DNA of 28,016 nt from Paraspadella gotoi (Eukaryota > Animalia > Chaetognatha): positions 1-28,016 of the forward strand of contig JBJCIZ010000298.1 of NCBI GenBank assembly GCA_051294375.1. Direction: 5' to 3'. Shown here piece by piece: positions 21,372 through 28,016 of the stretch. The notes under the pieces are model-generated. The model saw only the letters and a program-made list of their open reading frames with translations, was not told the DNA's origin and did not search any database. The stretch's first letter is position 1; the number at the start of each line of letters is the position of its first letter. The position numbers were made by a program, and so were the translations under genes.

Positions 21372-21737
21372 GAACTTGGGGGCTTGGGTTTTCCAGTCCA
21401 CAAGGCAGTTTAAGGCTATCCTCACGCTTCCCGCAGGTAGAACCATGTTGGGATTGAACCCGGTACCCAGTGGTCATGAGCTGATGGCTTTACTCAATGA
21501 GCCACCAGGCCACAACTGAAGGTCATACTTATAGGCAGGTGAACTTAGGTGAACCTAGTTCACCCGCCTATAAGCATGAATCTTTCAGTTGTGACCCGGT
21601 GGTCATTGAGTAAAGCCATCAGCTCAATGACCACTAGTACCGGGTTCAATCCCATCTGGTACCATTACCCCTGCGGATAGAGTGAGGACGGCCGTAAGCC
21701 GCCTGGGGCGTGGGAAACCCTCAAGCCTGGTTCCAAG
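21372..21737. repeat. Head-to-head palindrome of two tRNA-Met-like elements (21372-21511 minus, 21593-21737 plus), apex ~21551
   Basis: Centre tataggcaggtgaacttaggt-ga-acctagttcacccgcctata; both arms carry A box, ctCATga-like loop and B box. Confidence 0.9.
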
Positions 21738-22371
21738 ACCCAGACCCGTTCCATGTCTGCCTAGAGGGGGTAATAGAAGTTATGGATAGTCATCTCTGCC
21801 CACTTAGCGCCTTTAATCCACAAACTACGTTTAGCACATGGACGAAAGGACGAATGGAGAAAAGTTTTTGAAACTGCACCTTCAAATGATACAAAAAACG
21901 ATACTGCTACTCTGGTGGATTGAAAGCCAATCCCAGTCATCAAGATGATGAAAAATATCCCTCTTTCACACTACAGCAAAGCTTGAGTCGTCGTTCATCG
22001 TCCTCACGACGTGGTCAGCGGTGGCAGCGGTGTTCTCTCTTTTGATATGCGAAAACCGGTATAAATTTTAAATAAAAAATGATGACATAGAAATGTATGT
22101 CGAAATATTTGGCAAAAACTTTTTTCTGTCTTAGCACAGTAAATCCATGATGAAAATTTTCAAAATAATTATACTCCTGTGCTTGTGTTGACGTTAAAGA
22201 AACAACTCCATGTTTTCCTCTCATTCTCTACGACGTCGGAATCAATTAACATTCTATTTTAATGTTGTTATGACAATATTAGTGTTGAGTGTTAGTGACG
22301 AAACCGTTCATATAAGCAGTCCTGAGCTTTGGATCAGGTTGTAACACCGTGTACAGGCCCCGTCCTCTGCT

Positions 22372-22440
22372 AGGGATCCACGGCTTGAAACCCCGGACTT
22401 TGGATTGGGAGCTAATGACTTGCCTCTGGCACCAACGGCC
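22372..22440 (-). pseudogene. tRNA-Gly(CCC)-like head (SINE-like)
   Basis: Minus strand ggccgttggtgccagaggcaagtcattagctcccaatccaaagtccggggtttcaagccg: A-box-like, loop ctCCCaa, B-box-like; stems imperfect. Confidence 0.4.
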
Positions 22441-24186
22441 ACTGATGACGGTTGGTAGATTTTAATCCACCATATTATGTTTATACTTTTTAAGTTCTAT
22501 TGTCCATTTTATTATTGCTTAGGATTTACGTTGATAGAACGTTCTCTAGTTTTTGTTTATTAACAAAGCTATTCACATTGATATTGTTTTTATGTAGTTA
22601 ATATAAAATTAATTAAATTAAATAAGAGTTAATTATTTCTGACGAGGGTCTACAAAATGTATTCTATTGAACTTTAAATTTCCTGTACTTGCAACACACA
22701 TTTGATTTATTAGTTTAATTGATTAAGTTGAGTTTTTCCTATTATTTGATCTGCGAATTAATTATCTTAAATATGTTTTTATATAACGTTATTTTGCATA
22801 TGAATGTTTTAAAAAGAATTTAAATTAGGACCCGAACGCGCATTTTTCGTTTACCGGCTTCTCCGCTCGATCAAGTTGCGGCTTAAATAAAAACGAACTA
22901 CGAGCGAGCGCTAGTTCAAACGTTTAGTGGAACCAAAAAAATTATTTTTCGATCGCGAATCTGTTTTGCGAAGAGGGACGCAAAAAACGGAGGGTTTTTG
23001 CCTGCCATTTCTAACGCGTTGACCGATTGACTTGAAATTTTGCATGCGCAATATTGACATCATTTCCTATCGATCGATATTAAATATATAAGAAAATGCA
23101 CGGACGGCGATAGCTACATGCATATCTATAAGTATTGGAACAATGAAAATAAGATTAAAATTGAAATACATGTGCGGGGTCGGACTTGTGAGGCAATATA
23201 AAATTAAAATTGAAAAAGTGGGAAAAATAGAATAAAGTCGAAAGTTGAAATGGAAGCATATTATTGAAGGCTACGAAAATTATTTTGAAATAGAGAGACA
23301 AATAAGAAAGGTAAAAGGAATGGTCAATAAGAAATTTTAATAGGGGCAATTCCGTTGAAATGGAAATAAATTAAGAGAGACTGAGGGAAATGTAAAACAG
23401 TGAGGAAGAAACTATCGGATAAATACATTACATTTTATTGCAATAAAAATGAAATTATGATTCACTATTTTACAGTACAACATACACTGATCCCGGATTA
23501 GCTAAAAAGAAAAAAAGGGCGGATTAGTGATCTTACTGTTTATTTGGCGTGAGATGGGGCGTGGTTCTTATTCGTATTTTTCCTTTGGCGTTGAGTTGAA
23601 GAAACAATTTTTTTTTTAAACGTTTTTGCGCAATGCAGGGAATATTTTGTGAAGATAATTTGTTGAAATTTTTTTTTTTTTCTTTTTTGCGCGCACGAGG
23701 AAGAATAAGAAAAAAATTAGGATGAAAAAAAAATAAGGATTAGGAAAGATGGAAGAAAAAAAAAAAATTAGGTAGTGTTGGGGGGTTTCGGTTAGCCAGT
23801 TAGTCGGTAGAGCAGGGAAACTTAAATCCTGGGAAGGTTAAAGCCTTGGGGAGAGGCCTGATTGGGGCGTCACTGGGAGGATGTACATAGCTAAAGGTAG
23901 GTACTATCTAGTCTCTCTCAGGGAAAAGAGGTAGTAGGGTAAGGAATATATTGTAATAGGTAAGTAACTAAACAAAGGAACTAGGTACATAAAGAGAGAG
24001 AAGGAGAGGAAGGTTTGCAGACCGAGACCGAGAGAGCAGTTGAGAAAGTGAGCTGCCGATCTCCAAGCTGCTATCCGTGACTCCGGGGATGAGAGGAGGG
24101 GACGATAAGGGAGGAGGAGGTGTTGAGAGGGGGGAGAAGGCCCGGGGGAGAGAGAGGTTCTGGCGGTAGGTGAACCTCTATCTTGA

Positions 24187-24254
24187 CATCAATAAATTAC
24201 TATTACATCAATCAATTAGTATTACCTCAATCAATTACTATTCATCAAATAATT
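24187..24254 (+). repeat. 19-nt tandem repeat (catcaatcaattactatta), about 3.5 copies
   Basis: catcaataaattactatta / catcaatcaattagtatta / cctcaatcaattactatt / catcaaataatt. Confidence 0.85.
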
Positions 24255-24365
24255 CGTTATCGCATGATTCATTCGTTTTTTCCAGCGGTTTTTTCATTAA
24301 TTTTCATTGTGATAGTGGGGCTCTGCTCGATATTTTGAGTCTTTAAGATTTTTTTATTTCTTATG

Positions 24366-24441
24366 TCTCCTTCTCTCTCTCTTCTCTTCACTCTCTCTCT
24401 TTCTCCTCACTCTCTCTCATCTCTCACTCCTCTCTCTCTCT
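24366..24441 (+). repeat. Imperfect (CT)n microsatellite
   Basis: CT-dominated run. Confidence 0.85.
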
Positions 24442-25127
24442 ATCACTAGGACAAAGCTCTGACGAACAAAGCCGAGGTTTTTTATCGAGCCAGACAGGCT
24501 TCGCCTGGTCCTGGCTCTAGAATGTTTTTAGGATTGCTTCTTTGTGACGTAGTCGTCGTCGTCGTCGTCGCCGTAGCACGCTGTTTTTGTATAAAAAACT
24601 ACTACGCTTTTATAGTTTGGCTGTGACTTACCGTTTTTTTAAAATAAAAATTATTATATGTATGATAAGTTTTACAAAGTGTGCAATCATAGTAAGTTAA
24701 AAATTTAGAATATGGCTTCCTCAATTTAAAATAGCTTTGATATTTTCTCATTACATTTGGATTTAAGTATTTTTTTGTTGAATTCCACTTCATTATGATT
24801 ACTGCAAATGCAAAGAATTATAGTACTCATTAAATATCCAAATTAGTAATAGAAATGCTTTAATCTAATTTACATATTGCAGTATATAATATTGAGATGA
24901 AATTCAAAAATTTTTTTCAAATTTCTAATAAAAATGGAACTCAAAGGATTTTTTTAATGAGAAGCTATATCTTAATTTTAATACAAATAAAAATAAAATC
25001 TTACCAAGCTGCGATTGGAAAAAATTGGAAAATTTCCAATTGTAACCATTGTAACATTTTTGCCTTTCTTTATATATAATTAAAAAAACGAGTTCAGTCT
25101 CTCTTTGTCTTTTCTCTGTGTGCGTCA

Positions 25128-25149
25128 CCCCCCCCCCCCCCCCCCCCCC

Positions 25150-25193
<44 letters not shown>

Positions 25194-25209
25194 TTTCTGC
25201 CCCCCCCCC
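25128..25209 (+). repeat. Poly-C tract (66 nt with one T, plus a further C10)
   Basis: Directly visible; generates the poly-Pro and poly-Gly ORFs. Confidence 0.97.
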
Positions 25210-25429
25210 TGTCTCTCTTCTGTCGATCTCTGTCGCGGACTCGTTCCGTTTTTTTTAAAAACTTCTGATTATTTTTTCTTTCTAAAAAAACTATATATTT
25301 GATCACGGCGCTGCTTTTGATCGTTTAAAAAACGAGTTAGGCCTCTCTCTCTCTTCCCTCCCGCTCGAATTTTTTTTCTTCGCGAAGCGACATATCTATA
25401 CTGTAACTCACTAATCCGTCTCTTTTTAT

Positions 25430-25640
25430 TTCACTATTCTGTCTCACTATTTCCATTTTCATACCTTCACTATTCTATCAAGCACATTATTTGAATTTCT
25501 ATCTCCCTTCTTACTGAGTCACTATTTCAACTCACTATTTCGAATTTGTTTTGCTTCACAATTCTAACTCTCAATTTCGATTTTCATATTTTAACTCACC
25601 ATTTCCATTTTTATTGTTTACTATTTCGACGCACAATTTC
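25430..25640 (+). repeat. Degenerate minisatellite with tcactattt(c) core
   Basis: Core at 25431, 25444, 25467, 25519, 25532, 25555, 25596 and ~25619; related motifs at 6361-6490. Confidence 0.7.
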
Positions 25641-26104
25641 GATCTTCTTTCTCCTAAAAACTACCATCTCTCTCTCTTTACTTAGCCTTTCATCCTTCAC
25701 AATTTCTTTTCCCCCCCCCTCTCTCTCACCGATGGTTTCGGATCACGCAATCTTTTACTAACCCTCCCCTCCTTGACCCGTGAGCCGATCCTCGATCTCA
25801 GCATCTTTCTCGCGCCTTTTTCTTCATTCGCTCTTCTTCCCGGCCTCCTCTTCTCTCTCTCCTTATCTCTACGCCTCTAATTCCTCATCCATTCCTCACT
25901 CGAGAGAGCAGCTGCAACGAGGTTTGACCTCTGGCAAAAATACTGAATGCCATCCCCCCCTCTCTCGCCATCTCTCCCTCGCTCTCTGAAACCCTGAGGA
26001 AAAACTGAAATCCAGAAAAAGATCGTTGACCACTCTCTTCTCAGTCTCTGGACTTCGTCAACACGTGATCAGGCTTCACTCCCCTCCATTCCTGAATGTT
26101 TCGT

Positions 26105-26109
26105 CTCTA

Positions 26110-26165
<56 letters not shown>

Positions 26166-26172
26166 CCTCTCC
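26105..26172 (+). repeat. (CT)n microsatellite within a pyrimidine-rich region (25650-26445)
   Basis: Perfect CT run of more than 20 units. Confidence 0.95.
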
Positions 26173-26573
26173 CTCCTCGGTCAAAATCTTTCTCTCTTTC
26201 TCCTTGCTGCACACTTCACGTCGTCACGTGATCGATTCGAGAAAAAAAACCAGGATCTAGCTTTCTCTCCTTTGGAAAATTTCTCGCCCCTGACTTGCCA
26301 CACCACTCCTCTCTCTCTCTCTCCCTCCTCTTTCTCTCCTTCGATCTCTCTCTCTCACTCACACTCCTCCCCCCCCCCCCCGCGAAAATCTCTCTTTTCT
26401 TCTTTCTTTCTTTCTTTCTTTCCCCTCTCCCTCTGTCTCTTTCGTAGAAATTGCCGAGATGAAGCTTTCTTTGGGCGTCTCTTGTTTCTCACTGTCAATA
26501 TCTCGCCTCCACTGACACAATCCTCCCATAACAATGTCATTACGTAATTCCTGAGGTCATGCTCAGTAATGTA

Positions 26574-27820
26574 CAAAATGAAAGAGAAAATGAAAAGGTT
26601 CAGAGAAAACGCCATCCTCTGGCAAATCAACGCCTCCAAGAAAAAGAAGCTGAGTTGCGAGCCGTTCAACTCCAGTCAGAACAAGCAAGAGACGAAAGGG
26701 ATTTCTTTTTAAGGCCAAAGAGGAAGAAGTGATAAAGGCAGAAGAATATAAAATTAACCATATGCAAATAACCAATTAAATTACAACCACTCTAAACCAA
26801 ATCTCAAAAAGCCAAGTCCACTAACTATTAAGCAAAAATAGCCAAAATGTTGCCGTACAGATGATTCACTTTCCTTCCAATGTTATGAGAACCACGAAAA
26901 ATTCAAAAACAAAATTAACTGACAAGGAATTAAGATACCAATCTGTGAGCCTACCAACGTCTCTTAGACAAAAACTGAAGTAGAGTTGACCCAATAATAT
27001 AAAAGAAAGGGAACTCTGCTTGTTAGCAATTGGAAAAGCAAAGACAAAGAATAAGAAAAGAAAATATAGGAATTGATTCAATTAATTAAAGAATGTTTAG
27101 ATAAAATCTTAATGCCGTCACCGAGGGTCTCCAGTAAAGACACTACAGACTCATTCAGCATATCAATCACCTCTGCCGCCCGCCTTCGACCCTGCTTCTG
27201 CATCCCCCACGTCCTCCACGTCTTTCACCCCCTCTCCGCCCACGACGTCGACTCCGCCCTCCTCGCCCTCAACACCCTTGACACCCTCCACGGACTCTTG
27301 GTCACGACCATATGGAAAGGTTAGTGTTGGCTTCCGCAACAAATCGGCGCCCCCAAAAATTAACTGCATAGAGAAAGAAAATAAAAAGTCTGAAAAAAAA
27401 TACGATGATTCCATCTCACCGCCAACTACAGATAAGGCAACAGGATCATCCACGCCACTCCTTGATGACAACATCCCGCCTTCCCACAGAATTCTGTCCT
27501 TTACAGTCCTAGAACCGATAACAAAAGGCGGGACCAAAGCACAGAAGGACAGGAAACATAGAAAAACGTCAAAGTCTCATTCTCTCTTTCGTTCAAGCTT
27601 CAGCAACCCTTCAGCATCAATGAAGGAAACGATCAAGAGTCATGTGGATCTTTGGCAGAAATACATGGAACGAGGTAAAGAAACCCTCATTACAACACAT
27701 TATCTCAACGCCGCAACTTTACCGGATCAACCTCGCCAAGAGCCCCTTCCTCTACAGCCACGCAATCTGCAACCTTCCAAGCTCCACCGACAACAATGGC
27801 AGAGACTCATCACTATGTAA
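26574..27820 (+). CDS. Frameshifted hypothetical coding region: coiled-coil segment followed by Pro/Ser/Thr-rich segment (possibly retroelement gag/ORF1-like)
   Basis: 26574-26730 reads QNERENEKVQRKRHPLANQRLQEKEAELRAVQLQSEQARDERDFF. The frame of ORF 27278-27820 is open from 27113 (236 codons including the stop: ...SPLPPAFDPASASPTSSTSFTPSPPTTSTPPSSPSTPLTPSTDSWSRPYGK...). No recognisable catalytic or zinc-knuckle motif. Confidence 0.35.
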
Positions 27821-28016
27821 CTTTAAAAATACAGTACAACTACAACAACTGGCAAGGAACAAAGTCCGATTTTCACAATTATCAAACATTTTTTTCCACA
27901 CAACTAATTCTTACCTTTTCGCTGGGATGAGTCCAGAAAAATATTCATAACTCCTAACAATTTGTCAAGGAATTTAAATTGAGAGAAAAATTGGAATCTG
28001 AGAAAAATACTAGCGC

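Larger units (their letters stand above)
17911..23137 (-). repeat. Right arm of giant inverted repeat
   Basis: Continuous reverse-complement match to 7363-8946 plus 12700-16440; no Ns. Confidence 0.97.

Noticed and set aside
7363-23137. Autonomous Maverick/Polinton or other giant transposon
   Set aside because: No polB, integrase, ATPase, capsid or transposase ORF, no TSD, and the arms make up nearly the whole span.
23789-23845. tRNA-like cggttagccagttagtcggtagagca...ggttaaagcc
   Set aside because: D-loop/A-box-like match only; B box degenerate and no cloverleaf, in a noisy region.
24187-24254. CRISPR-like short repeats (also 5907-5969, 25430-25640)
   Set aside because: Adjacent tandem units with no unique spacers, no cas genes, eukaryotic context.
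25094-25306. Poly-Pro / poly-Gly ORFs
   Set aside because: Translation of the poly-C tract.
25546-26547. S/L-rich ORFs including the 173-aa ORF
   Set aside because: Translation of (CT)n and pyrimidine tracts.

Overview
AT-rich eukaryotic genomic DNA from an error-prone, gapped draft assembly. Candidate introns of 35-56 nt and the composition suggest a compact-intron invertebrate such as a nematode, but this is inference. No confidently identifiable protein-coding gene is present, and most listed ORFs come from low-complexity sequence. The dominant structure is nested inverted repeats. A ~15.8-kb giant inverted repeat has arms at ~7363-16440 and ~17911-23137 around a 100-N gap plus a 1.37-kb unique spacer that carries a probable short-intron gene. 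The left arm alone carries a 3.75-kb self-palindromic insert (~8947-12697) next to the apex of a head-to-head pair of tRNA-Met-like Pol III/SINE heads. Further degraded fold-backs are centred near 1322, 3608, 6591 and possibly 24260-24500. Also seen: a TA-flanked, TIR-bounded ultra-AT-rich MITE-like element (17823-19093), a multicopy degenerate coding unit with a tentative PAZ-like motif, tRNA-Gly-like heads, microsatellites, a 66-nt poly-C tract and a frameshifted coiled-coil/PST-rich ORF at the 3' end. The serial palindromes could be real foldback elements or a real palindromic locus. They are at least as well explained by amplification or long-read fold-back chimeras and uncollapsed haplotypes; read-level data are needed to decide.
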